Shown here: piece by piece, positions 24,746 through 37,600 of the stretch
Position numbering within the stretch: position 1 is the first letter of the stretch
Layout of the letters: each line of letters opens with the position of its first letter
Assembly (NCBI GenBank): GCA_030248215.1
Contig: JASANG010002537.1
Coordinates: 310,001 to 374,000, forward strand
Length of the DNA: 64,000 nt
From: Enoplolaimus lenunculus
Taxonomy: Eukaryota
Reading direction: 5' to 3'
Made by a program: the position numbers and the translations under genes
Notes under the pieces: model-generated
Told to the model about the DNA's origin: nothing
The model's input: only the letters and a program-made list of their open reading frames with translations
Database searches by the model: none

Positions 24746-25478
24746 TAAGTAGTATCCCATTTTCTGCTCTGGGTGTAGGCTAGTAAAGCATTGCCGCGTG
24801 GGTTTGAAAATGTGTTTAACTCTATAAGAAATTGCTTCAACGCCTTTTGATAACCATTTCCTTCCCTGTGTGTATGCTAGTAAAGCGAACCTACGATACT
24901 TCGTCCCCCGACAACTTGTCGCCAAACTGTGTCCTAAAGCATATGAATAAATCTAAGCACAGTCCTAAGCGCATTACTAAGCCTAAAGTCTAAGCCTAAG
25001 CATAATGACGGGCGACCAATCGTTCAATTGTTGGCTTACAAGTGGTCGGTCGACGATTTGACGGGCACCGAGTTATCGTTATGCCTATAGAAACGTATAA
25101 CCGTGTGGGCTGGAAAATGTGTTTAATTGTATAAGGAATTACGTCACCACCTTTTGATGACATTTTACCACGTGACCGAAAATAACCGTTTTGCATACTC
25201 TTACTTCAGACGCAACAAATTTGATTATCGTTTAATTGTACTCCTATGACTTTGGTTCTGTATTGGACATTACAGATTATCATATTGTCACTAACAGCAT
25301 TCACTAAAATATACCTACACAAGGCATGCGGAGAAGGTACTGTTTGAACATAAAACTGTTGCAAAATTTAAGATGTTGCTAAACATAAAACATAAAATCG
25401 AAATATTTCTACTAGACTGAAATAAATTTTGTGTTTTATTATTTATGTTTAAAGACAACTGAAGATTTCCGTTTTTTA

Positions 25479-25757
25479 CCCTTTTCCACGTGATGAATAA
25501 TTTTTCATGTCAAATCTGATTTCAAGCTAGGAATCGAAACGTCAGGTTCTCATTAGGATGTACTTACCATCACCACTCAACTCACCTATAGGAAATTTAT
25601 GCTTGACGCTTGAGCCCGATGGGACTATCACGTCTTGTAGAGATTTTGTATTGTGCATACTTTTGCTAATCGTTAAAATACGTTGTATCGTACTTACATT
25701 GGTTGCACACGTACACAGTTTGGTATTCGGTAGTTGCTCATAGTATCCTTAATGTGA
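25479..25757 (-). mobile_element. Family E piggyBac-type MITE, degenerate
   Basis: CCCTTTTCCACGTG left end; GCTAGGAATCGAAAC...CCATCACCACTCA...GCTTGACGCTTGAGCCCGA shared with 10755-10995. Confidence 0.65.
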
Positions 25758-25803
25758 CGCTCGCTGTCCGTTAACGTGCGTTATCGTACGCAAGTTACAC
25801 TCA

Positions 25804-26175
25804 TCAGGGTGCAACCGGAATAATACAATACCGGAACCGGAGCCGGAACCGAAAAATAAAAAATATTTGTTACCGAAAAATTCATTTTTAGCGCTATTTT
25901 TCGCTTTTAATGCTGTAAACACACCATTTACAATGCCAAAATCCTGAAATAAATGCAGTACTTAGGTGGAAACATATGATAAATTATGGAGTATGGCACA
26001 AATTAAAAATTTGGGCAGTACACGCTTGAACAATTTTAGATAAATAAGTTAGAATAATATGCCTATTTTTCTTAAATTTTCGAGTGAGAAAAAATTTTCA
26101 ATAACGAAAATACCGTAAAATTCCGGTGAAAAAATACCGGATTTCTTACCGGAACCGGGTAAGTTTAAGTCCAAC
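25804..26175 (+). mobile_element. CCGGA-rich MITE (family F)
   Basis: CAGGGTGCAACCGGA...ACCGGAACCGGAGCCGGAACC; related segments at about 12110-12410, 35331-35400, 49771-50100 and 51010-51320. Confidence 0.6.
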
Positions 26176-26961
26176 CTATAAAATTGCCTGAAAGTATATT
26201 TTATGATTATTCAACGTTCGCACGCTACGTGGTTTCTATATTACCTTTTTGACCTAATAAAAATAACAAATATAGTTGCTCAAAAACTATATTGTGCACA
26301 TTATAAAGGCTACAAATTTTAACCTTAATTAACGTACTTTTAACACGAATATTGTCGAATGTAAAACAACCGGGCCGTAACAATAGTATAAGCATAATCC
26401 TAAGTCTTAAATTCTAAAAAATCATTCGTCTGAAGCTTACGGTTACTCTATTGCAGTCATATAGAAAAACGTTCCGTCTCTGATCTTTAGATGTGCCCGA
26501 ATGTTGCTCAACCTTGTTTCATTTATAGAAATACAAAGAGTTGTCATTCGTACTAGTACGATGGGTTTGGGTCAAAAATGCAAAACTTCTTTCACGTTTA
26601 AAAAACGTTTATACTAATTTTAGCATAATATTTTGCCAAATGGCGCCAAGCACTTTGAGCTGGCGATAATTCAAGCATAAAATGCGACGAATTGTTACGT
26701 CAGGTATATATATTTATTTTTACTTTTACGTTCTGCAAAGGTGCGAGTTGAGGTTGTAAAATACTGAAACCAAATGTCGGCAATTTTTGCTGAAGTCAAA
26801 CACGAAGCAAGTTCTGGTAACATAAAAGATATTAAGTTCACTGAATCTAGTGCCGGCGTTAGCTTTCAGCTGTTTAGTAATGTTTGGTACATTTTAGTGA
26901 TACCTAAGCATTTAAAACATAACTCAAAAATATCAAAACATAATCATTGGTAAACAGAATA

Positions 26962-27160
26962 CACTGCAAGAAATAGGGAGTTAAATTGACTCTCTTCGAA
27001 ATAAGCTTCTCCTGACTACACAAACTGAGTCAAAATTCGATTTCGCCACAGTCAGTTTGAGTCGAACTTGACTCTGGCAGAGTCAAATTTTGCCTCAGTT
27101 TGCGTAGTCACGAAAAGCCTGTTCGGAGAGACACAATTTGACTCACCATTTTTTGCAGTG
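26962..27160. mobile_element. Palindromic (foldback) TA-flanked MITE
   Basis: TA-CACTGCAAGAAAT...ATTTTTTGCAGTG-TA; the arms pair imperfectly over almost the whole 200 bp. Confidence 0.85.
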
Positions 27161-28212
27161 TAATATAAAATTTGCAACAAATATTTACCACATTGTATAA
27201 ACCAGGTGCAAAATTACGCTGATACGGGAGCACCTGGTCGATTTTCTACCAAAACCTGAGCCGGACACAAACTGGTGGTTGAAGTGTTCATAGTACGAGT
27301 TTAAATATTCCATAAAATCCTTTGGAAATTATATCTCTAAAAGCTTAAATTAAGTCGATTTAAGCTCATGTTAATTTAGCAGTGTTAAACTAACGTTCTA
27401 GATTAACTAAACTAACAGGTAGGTTACGCTTAATAAGCTCATTTGAAATATAACATATTTTTGAGTATAATGTAAAACTTAATTTTAAAACTACACAGTT
27501 TCTGAGCAGCACTTGTACCTTAAAGCAAAAAAATAAGTTTAGCTTAAACTCGTTGTGAACATAAAAATTAAAAATATGTTAGTTTAACTTAAATTTAAGA
27601 TTTTAGTTTAATGGTGTATGTTTAAAATGTACCGACCAACTAAAATTTCAACTTTCTTTGATATAATTTTCCGCGATTTCGACGAAATTAAATGTGATAT
27701 AATATAACCAATATATAATAGGTACTCAAGAGTGATTTGCCCACTCTCATTGCTCTCCCATATCTGTAATGCCAAAAAAATACGCATAGCCTCCGCAGCT
27801 GTTACTCTTGATGAGTTTACGAACGCCATGCACGCAGTTGTGGAGGTTGATAACTTGAAATTTAAACAACATTCCTTAAATAAACTATTTCAATTAAATT
27901 AATTTATAAACTAACGTTGAGAGGTTTTCCGTCGACGAAATCGCAAGAGAATCAAGGCTTTACTTGAATATGTGAAGATCAAATACATGAATAATTTATT
28001 TTAACCAAACCAAAAAGAATAACATTTGGTTTAAACATACGCTGATTTCAAATTTTGGTACAGCGCCTCCAAGGAATCGTCAATACTGTGAAGTCGTCTC
28101 CAGATTCAAATTGTGACAAGCAACACGTTAATTATAATTAATATCATAATTTTGCTGTTTGTTTTTGTCAACAATATGTTACACAACGCTGCTAGTATTC
28201 GAATTGCAATTT

Positions 28213-28562
28213 AACAAACAAATGACAAACAAACAAGCAAACAAATAACTGACCAAGCAAACAAAAACCCAACAATTATACAAAGAAATAAACAGGCAAG
28301 TGACCAACCAAGCAAACAAACAAATAAATATACAACGCGCAAACGAGCCAATGAAACAACAAGTAAACAATCAGGCAAGCAAACGAGCAAACAAACAATC
28401 AAACAAGCAAACAAACAAACAAACAAACAGACAAACAAACAATTAAATAAATAAACAAATAAACAAAAGGAAAGCGAATAAGCACGTAACCAAGTAAACC
28501 AACAGGCAAACAAACAAACGAACAACCAAACATGCAAGCAAGCAACCAAACAAACAAGCAAA
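28213..28562. repeat. Degenerate (CAAA)n microsatellite
   Basis: About 350 bp of AAAC/AAGC units; it explains the spurious C/L/F/V-rich ORFs at 28179-28614. Confidence 0.95.
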
Positions 28563-31248
28563 TCAACCTGTTGATGATTATATATTTATAAAGTTTTATC
28601 GATTTAAAGCTCAAAAACAGAATATGAAATGAAATTTTGAGGCCGGATTCATGAAAATAATTTTATTTACCACACGTCTCCAAAAATTGATTTTATTCAA
28701 AATATTGTGACAGGATCCTTAAATTTCACATTGTTAAGAGTTAAATTGGTCTCATTGTATTTGACTCTTGTTATGTCAAATAAGAAACCGTGCCATTAAG
28801 GCCATAAACATGTGACAAAACCTTATAAGTGGTTTATAGGTAATAGGGCAACACTGAATAGCAACATGAAAAAAATTATAATTAAGCATGCATATATTTT
28901 TATTAGAAACACAATCTAAACTATTGTTACCCCCGACTAGTGTCATGCCGATGCCTCACTTTTGCCAAAACATACCTCCAAATATAAAATCAATGATTTA
29001 TAATGCTCGCGTAAAAACGTTTACAACAGCTTTACGATTAACAAGCGGCCTCTGAAAGGTGCAGGGAGTCGATGTTGGTATCGAAATATATACACGTATC
29101 TGGCTAGTTTAACAAAAATTTTAGGTAGTGCAGATCTAAATATCGCTCCTGTTCAAAAAATGTTATTTTAACCGAAAGCGGAGATGGAAGAAGTACACTA
29201 TAGGTCAGCATCCTGATCAGGATTTTCCTGGATTACACGTTTATGCAGTTCTTTTCTCGATGCACGCTATCCGCTCTGATTACGTAACGCGGCCGATAAA
29301 TGTTTATTAACCCTCCCAAATCTTTTACAACACCAAGTATTACAAGCAAATCACAGGTTATGCAATTTTACTTGTAGCCTGATCCGAAATCCTTAAGGCC
29401 TATGCCTGAATCCGTTTTAATCCAGCCACTGGCTTCATCGATACCAATACTTTTACTATTTCCCAGAGTCTGTGCAATCCTAACCCCGTTAGAATTACAC
29501 TCTACTTTTCCCAAGTTTATAACCGTGCACTCTAACCCCTTTAGAGATACACGCAATTTTACGACCAATCTAACCCCGTTAGATTTGGCCCAATCCGTTG
29601 TAGAATATTAAACCTAACCCCGTTAGATTCACTAGACTACGTTCCCCAGGTTTCCTTTAAATCTCCGGTCTTCCCCAATTAGCACATAACGCCAGTATGC
29701 GATACTGGGTAAATCCTGCGCCCTGCGCAACATAAGTGAACACAATACGCCCTTGTTTCCTTCACATTCTATTCCACCGTGACTATTCTTAACTTAAGTT
29801 CACTTCCAATCTTACTTACCGCAACTCCTTAGATACTTCACACGTCCAGAAATCCCAAATAAGAAAGCCGTAATTCGCACACGAAATTCAACAGAAAACT
29901 AAGCCACCGATTTCCACTAGCCAAAATTTCAAACTGATTCCGGTCCCGGCTACCCCTTGTGCGTCTCGACCTAATTTGCATACAGACTGATACCCACAAC
30001 TGGGTGTCCGCCGATGCTATTTTAGGTCCAGAGCCACCCATCCTGTACACCAATTACCTACAACAACAACAATACAATATACAACAACCAATCATGTCGG
30101 ACACTCACGACATGCTGACTTAGGCTAGCGATGTCGTTAACCGATCGAAACCCTTGCAACAAAATGCTTTCTTGAGGAAACAGAAATATGGAGGAGCTAT
30201 ATATTCTCGCACAAAAAACGGAAAACAGGACAGCAATATTTTTTGAGACTGATTTTATCCGTGGGAATGACCCTATGCAGGATTGGGGGCTGCCGCCCCC
30301 AAGCCCCCCGTACTAAGCGATCTTGCTAACTAACTCACAAATAACAACAACAAAGTATAATAATGTTCGTGTATGCGCAAACAGGAGTAGCAAATGCTGC
30401 TCTTCGGCAATATTGCTGTCCCGCGGGATAACGGGGCGCCCCTGAAAGTTATACGGGCCAATTTTCGGATGAAATCCTAAGACAAATTGCGACGAAGCCA
30501 TAAAGAAATGTGTGATTATTTTTAACTGCATGATTTCCTGCAGACAATAAACTGTTTGATTCATTGATCATGATAGCCAATCGGCAAAAATCCTAGTTTT
30601 ACCCGTGATAGGTGTAATGTGCATTATTCAGCGTTACATTTTTGAATGGTTTGTTTTCAAAATTATACTAATAAATGTTTCTTAGTATGTAAAATCGAGG
30701 GACTGACATTTTACACTGTGAAATTATACAATTGTATTGAACACAGAAGAAAAAATAAGGGCGGGTAAACGCGGGTAGTGGATAAATGAAACTTTGCACG
30801 GTATACTTGCAAGTAAAAAAAATCCGCGAGAAACGGGCAGCGCGAAAGAGAAATATTCTCTCACTTACGCCTCTTAGCTGCATATGAATTACTTACATAG
30901 ATTTCAGTCCCCCAATATTTATTGAACTTGAGGCTCATGTTTTGGTGCTGATGTAGAGGCTAAATAACGGATAAACACATAGCTAGTTTTAGTACTTAAA
31001 CATGGATTTTTTGGTTCTGCTGCTATTAAAAATTAAGAATATCTTGTTGCGGATTCCAAAAAGTCGATATAGATAACATTGTATGGTTGTTCTATGATTG
31101 TACTTTATGTTGTTACACATTTAGAAATATTTGTTGCAAATCTGATTGTCTGCTGTTAAGATCAAGTAACATATTGCTCAATGTTTTGTTAGTTTTTGAG
31201 TACTGTCAGAACTGCACGGTCGGGACGACCCCTTTCTCCGAAAGATAT

Positions 31249-31320
31249 GGCCACGCCGGGAATTGAACTTCGAATCTTTCGCTCGTTAGTCAAGCGCGCT
31301 ACCCATTACACCACGCGGCC
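31249..31320 (-). pseudogene. tRNA-Arg-like pseudogene / tRNA-derived module
   Basis: Minus strand GGCCGCGTGGTGTAATGGGTAGCGCGCTTGACTAACGAGCGAAAGATTCGAAGTTCAATTCCCGGCGTGGCC: 72 nt, with an intact acceptor stem and A/B-box-like motifs, resembling eukaryotic tRNA-Arg. The anticodon and T stems do not pair. Confidence 0.7.
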
Positions 31321-31653
31321 GATATCCTAATTTCCTCTGGTGGTATATGTGCACGAGTATGTATATGTCTTTACATTACACACTCTGCGCATACACAAGC
31401 CGCGTATACTCACAAGTACGTAACAGTTTTGTAACATGGACCATAACTCAAAAATAATTTGCTCACTAGTAAAAAAATTTTAAGTTCTACGCCAATGTAC
31501 ATATTGTTACGTTGCGAAAATGCGCATCGAAAAATTGTATATTTATCCGCTTAGAATTTTGCGTGCATTATAATTGAATATCGTTATGTGGCTGAAATTA
31601 TCACAGTGACGTAATTTGCGTTCGGCGTTTTCTGGTAACAATATTGCTTAGCA

Positions 31654-34600
31654 ATGGGCGAAACTCAAGAAGAGGTTTGTGCCGATCTTATAATTTTGAA
31701 CATGTATTCTATCAAAGAAAAGTTTTAACAAAAATACGATAAAACTAAGGACTCTAAATACTTTGTTGTATCTATATTAGGGAACGACCGGTTTTTTATT
31801 CAGCCGGATGCTGAAGTGGAGACGGATAGTTAGTATTTACCGAAACGTTACTTTAAGTATATATGTTTAATGATTTAAAACGAGTTGCTCATAGCTTGAA
31901 TTTTCATTTCACATCAGTGTTAAAAATTAATCGAAGCTCGCCAACTTGAGATTTTGCGCGGAATGAGTACTTTTAGCCTTAAAGATTTTATTTTTTGCAT
32001 GTCAAACACACTTTCTCTTTATTTTTTAGTCAGATGTAATACATAGATAAACGGGTAAACTGTGTTTAGTTTACATATATAAGAGCGATCATACACGGTT
32101 AAATGGGATTTTCTTTTCAAAACAGTACTTTTGTTTGTAAAAATTACATCTCACCCACACACAAGATGTTCCATCCGATTGTCAACATGGGCGCTTCCCC
32201 CGGTCCTGCACTTTGCTATGATTTTAACTGGAGCAAAGTTTTCTTTTTTTCAAATCGGTCCGATTGTGCAGACCACATAAGAGATTTTCTTCGCCGAAGT
32301 TTACCCTCGACATATCAAGTAAAAACGTAAACTTGTTTGCGCATTAAGGCAAAAACCGCCAGATGTTGTGAAAAACATAAAATTCCGCCTGCATTATTTC
32401 ACTGTATAACAGCACCATATTCGTATTACGTATATCGTAGCTCATATTGATAGTTGTCTTGTCTTTACGTGTTCTAACTTGGCCCCGGTTTGCCCCGGCC
32501 CCATGGCAACTTAACCTAAAATACTACAAGCTCCTCTTGAACGCGTTATCCCTCTGAAAAAGTATCATTAAGACTAGGCTTGTGAAATATTAGCCTAGCA
32601 GAAATGTTTGATGACGTCTCTAAAGGTGTACGTATATTTCACTTATTTAGTACCTGGAACGTTTGTGCAAAGATTTGTATGAGGCAACAGACCATCAAGA
32701 CCGGGCGCTTGCTGAAAAAACGCTGCTTGAATTCTCCGAGTCTTCTGATTGTGTTCGCAAATGCATGGTACTTTTAGAAAGAGGCAAGGTAGGCAATGGG
32801 ATAGGGTAATCAGCGTCTATACCTTTTTGATTAATCAATACGTAATGGTTATTCACTGGGTTCATTTGGTGTTTCTTCGATATTGTCACGTTTTGCCCGC
32901 TTTAGTTTTTAAAAATCATTCATGTTTGCTTGAAAACAAATCTTTCGTTGCCTTTCAATTACTTAGTGTTAGTATATATCTGCAGAAAAAGAAATATAGT
33001 AAAAGATATCGCTGCAAAGTTGTAATTGAAAGTAATGAAACTTTTCGTCAACTTGTTTTCGAAACCGTAATTTAGCTAGCTAGCATTGTAGATTTTTTGT
33101 TTTCCCACCATTTTCAGTCTTCTTACGCGCAGTTAGTTGCTGCAACAACGTTATTGAAAGCTGTGTCTCGATCGACTCCCGTAGTATCGCTATCATACCG
33201 AATCGAATTGAGTAAGTTTTGTGTAAAATTGCATAAACGATGTTACTTTATTTTGTCATACTTTTGTTTGAGCAACTTTTTCAACTGTGCTTTGAAACAT
33301 TCGTACTAATTGTGATCAGATGTGTTTATATTAAAGCCCAAATCTTTTCAGTATTTGTACGCAAAGCAACAGCAAATTTGATATAATAAATGTTTGCACT
33401 AACACAGTTTTCTCAACGCGAAAACTGAAAAACTGAAATTATATGCTTAAATGTTATATTGCTGTGTTGAAGATATTTGACTAAGTTATGCGAGTGCGAG
33501 GTTTTGTTAACACTTTTCTCTTATATTTGCTAATTTCAGAAAGTTACCTGTTGAACTACATGGTCAACCGTCCAAAAATGCCAAATTACGTGCTTTCATC
33601 GCTTTGTCAGGTATATTTGAAAATTCTTTGTCATGCTTAGTTTATGATACGTATTATATTATATTGAACAGGTTTTTCTTTGTAGCCGCTTTATGATGTT
33701 ACCTAAAACGAAATTGATTTGTGTAATACCTAATGGGAACGAACTAACGGAATCATTATTGTTGACAATGTTTTTGACTTAAAAAGCAAATCTTTGTTTT
33801 GTATAACGATAGCGGTTATCTAATATCTGAATGAACACATTTACGCATACAATCTAAACAAACATTTTCACGTTTTTCGATTTTTCAGCTATTTGCACGG
33901 TTAATTAAGTTGGGCTGGTTTGATTTTACAAAAGAGGATGAGTATATGTTCCGATCCTGCATCGACGAAATTTTCCAAGTAGCTCAGGTACGCACCTTAT
34001 GTTATATAATAGCGACATTGTTTTCCGTTTCATATGTTTTATATTGTTTCAATTCAAGCTTGAATTCAAACCCAATCTCTTCGGTGGCAGGAATTTACGA
34101 TTACCAATCAACTATATACGCTTGATGCTCCTAACGATGGCGCTTTTACGTCTTCTGAAAATACTGTACTGTACTGTAGACGGGCAATATTTGTGATACA
34201 GTACAGATTCTTTACTATTCGCGCACATAGTTTGCAATTTAGTGCCCATAGTATAGTCTGTGTGGCAGGATTAATCAGATGTGTGTAGATTGGATGATAT
34301 TGTCTCAGTCCAATATGCGAGCGGATATTCGGCTCCGGTATAACATCCGGCTAAAAACCGATATCCGTGTTCGGTGCTTGTATCCGGTTTATACCTACCG
34401 TATATTGAATAGTTAAGGTTGTGGTCCCGAATAACTCAGAAACCGTTTTTACATTTGGATGTATTTAATATGTTGCGGCGTTTGTATTTCCATAAAATTT
34501 TGCAACAGATAACAAATTTATATGCTTCATCCGGTTCCGATATTTGGTAATTTGGTATTTGGTCGTACGCTGCACTCATATGCATGTCAAAGGGCGTAGC

Positions 34601-37600
34601 CAGGTGGTCACGAGGGCAGAGCGCCTCTTGGTTTTTGTCAATTGGTTTTAGGAACTTTTTCAGTAGACAACTCAAGAAGCCTCTTTGAAAATTTTATGGA
34701 ATGTAACTCCCGTTGCAAAATGTACTTACTAAGTGTGCTTGACCACAGGTTTATCAGTTCGGTTTATATTTGACAGCGGTTTTAACTTTAATTATTAGCT
34801 TCTGATATACTGTGGGGACAACATGGGTCTGTTCTTGCGTTAAACAGGGGGTGAATAGTTTGAGATGATAACTGTGTATGTAAAATCAAGAAATAGGCAT
34901 AAGTAAACTAAACAACCAATTGTGCGACATTTGATAGGTTCGGGTTCGTATTTTCTTGTTTACGTGGATCAAAGTTTTTTTCGATATTAAAAAGTAGGTT
35001 TCGTTTTTTCCAGGGTTCTCTCGATTTGTGCACTATAGCTGTTCAGTTGTTTGGTCATATTGTTACTGAAATTAATCAAGTAAGTGGAAATGTTGGCTGA
35101 GAGACAAATTGCACCGGTTCTGCCCAAATATATATTCAAATGGAAAACAAAGTAGGATATACGTTCTATGTTCTTTCAAATACTATCAATATACCCTTGA
35201 GTATTGGTTTATTGTTTCACTTTCTGTGTGGGTTGCTCGTATGTCGGATATTCTTGAGAAAAATTCAAATCAGACTGTGTAGTTAGTAGGTAACCTGAAT
35301 TTTTATACATAACTTAACATTTGTTTGCATTCAGGGTGCAATTGGAATTTCGGTTCCGGTATTGAAATCTTTAAATTTCCTTACACTGTTCCGGCATTCA
35401 ATTTTGTTGCATGTTTCAGAGTGCGGGTATTTCCTCGATCAGTAAACATCGTAAAACGGCGGCATCGTTTCGTGATCTCTATTTGTTCGACATTTTCAAA
35501 CTGTCAATTCGACTCCTGCAAGAAGCATTAGACAATATTAAAAATGTTGATTTGTCAGATGAAAATCAGGTTTGTTTTAAGTATGAGATATACGGCTTAG
35601 AGTCAAAGCTGTCCGCATTTAGTTTTGATCTGTATCTTTTTTTCTAGTATTATCAGGCATCCGTTTTATTTATGAATGACGATATCATTAGGGTCCTCAG
35701 TGGTGTACTACATAAAGTTAAAAATTCATTGGTACTTGCATTATGCAGTCATTAGTGGAACAGTAGCATGATCTGTCTTGCCTGTTTCAATTTGGTAACT
35801 AAACTTATTCAAATAGTCTAGCCACCGTGCTATATGACGTGCCAGTTGCATTTCAATAATGATTTGTTGTAGCAAAGCATTATTGGTCAACTATTATCGC
35901 TAGCATTAAGCTGCCTGTCGTTTGACTTTATTGGATCGGTATGCGATGACTCCGCGGACGAAAGCCTCTCTGTTCAGGTGCCCACTGCTTGGCGAGTTGG
36001 TAAGTATTATTGGCGGCGTCTGACATTTTTTAGCAGGTTAAGCAATGAATTAGAGTTTTGTGACATTTTCAATCGATGTATGTATCGATGGTTTTGAAGA
36101 TTATTCAATATTACGTTCATATACTGAATTATAGAGTTGCGTTAAAATTGTAGCTGAATGATGTTGTATGAGGTATGGTACGCTGAAACTGATTTCTTTA
36201 CTTTAGTGAATTTTATATAAATAAAATCAAACTATACTGCACTGTACTTATTGTTTTTCAGCATTTTTGGATGCAACTATACTCAAGATGTTTTATTCCC
36301 TGTTTCGAGCTCTACCTCCGGTTTTAGCTACTGTGGTAAGTTCAAACTTTCAGGAGGCTTTCATATGTTGGACGATCTAGATAAGTTGAAGGAAATATAT
36401 AGTTTTTCATTATATAGATTTTAAGATAAACTGTTCTTAATCCGTTATAAAGTTATAAATGTCCAAATTGCTAGCTCAGTTATACAAGCTATAATTTTTG
36501 AGAGTTTATTAGTGGTTTAAGGTTCAAATTTGTAAATATAACTAATTTTTGTAATAAGTTTGAATTGATGATGGCAGTGGTTTAATCTGAAGACGAGAAG
36601 TAAGTAGAATTCAATGGCAAGATCGTTTTATGGAGTGCACTTCAGGCGCTATCGTGCTTAGTTCAGTTGGCTTCTATTCGTCGAACAATTTTCAATAACA
36701 ACGAACGTCAAGATTACTTAAACGCGCTGGTACTGGGAGTCAAAGATGTTTTGGAAAATACTCAGGTGTGTTTAGCTTAGATTATTTTCCGACTCGCAGC
36801 AACATGTTATCATTTAGAACTGTGTTGCTTTTGACACACTGAAACCTGTTTTTGAACTTTAATATGTACAACTAGATTAACTGTGATTGGTAATAGTTTT
36901 TTGCTTTTTTGCCAATTTTAAGTTTAAATTAGGAAAGTGTTTATCTTGCGCTACATGCGAAAATAACAGCAAACAATTCCGCTATAGGTTCTCAGCGAAC
37001 AAAACGTGTATCACGAGTTTTGCCGACTGATCGCTCGTTTGAAAAGTAACTATCAACTCGCTGAATTGATCAAAGTGCCAGATTATCCTAAAATCATTCG
37101 CATGATTGCGGAATTCACTGTCAGCAGTCTTGGAGTAAGTCTTGATAAGATTGCTATTGTATGTATATTTGCGTACGTTAATGTTTCAAAATTTAGAGAA
37201 ATTGAGCAAGCTCGACCTAGTTTTGTTGGCAAAATAATACAACTCGGATTGTTCGCCGGTTACTGTGAGATGTTTGGCTTATAGTTCAGTTTGATCCAGA
37301 ATATATAGATCGGGTACTTTGCTAAAATTAACGCCAATGTAAAGAAACGGAATAGGTTTGTGCTGGAATGATTATGATTTAGTTGGCAGTCGAGAGTCAA
37401 GAAAGTTTAACAATTATTGTTGAAGAGACTACCTGACGGGTCTAACCACTTCGAGGTCTCTGTCAATGATATATACCTGCCTATTTTTCCTGGGGATGAC
37501 AGCAACATCAGTGTCATAAGGTTTTAAAGCATTCTCTGACTGATGAATCCATAAACGGTGAACTACTTTTATACGGCACGTGATATTTGTATCAATTTCC

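Noticed and set aside
28179..28614. Three hydrophobic C/L/F/V-rich minus-strand ORFs
   Set aside because: They are translations of the (CAAA)n microsatellite.
31249..31320. Functional tRNA gene
   Set aside because: The anticodon and T stems cannot pair, so it is reported as a pseudogene/module.
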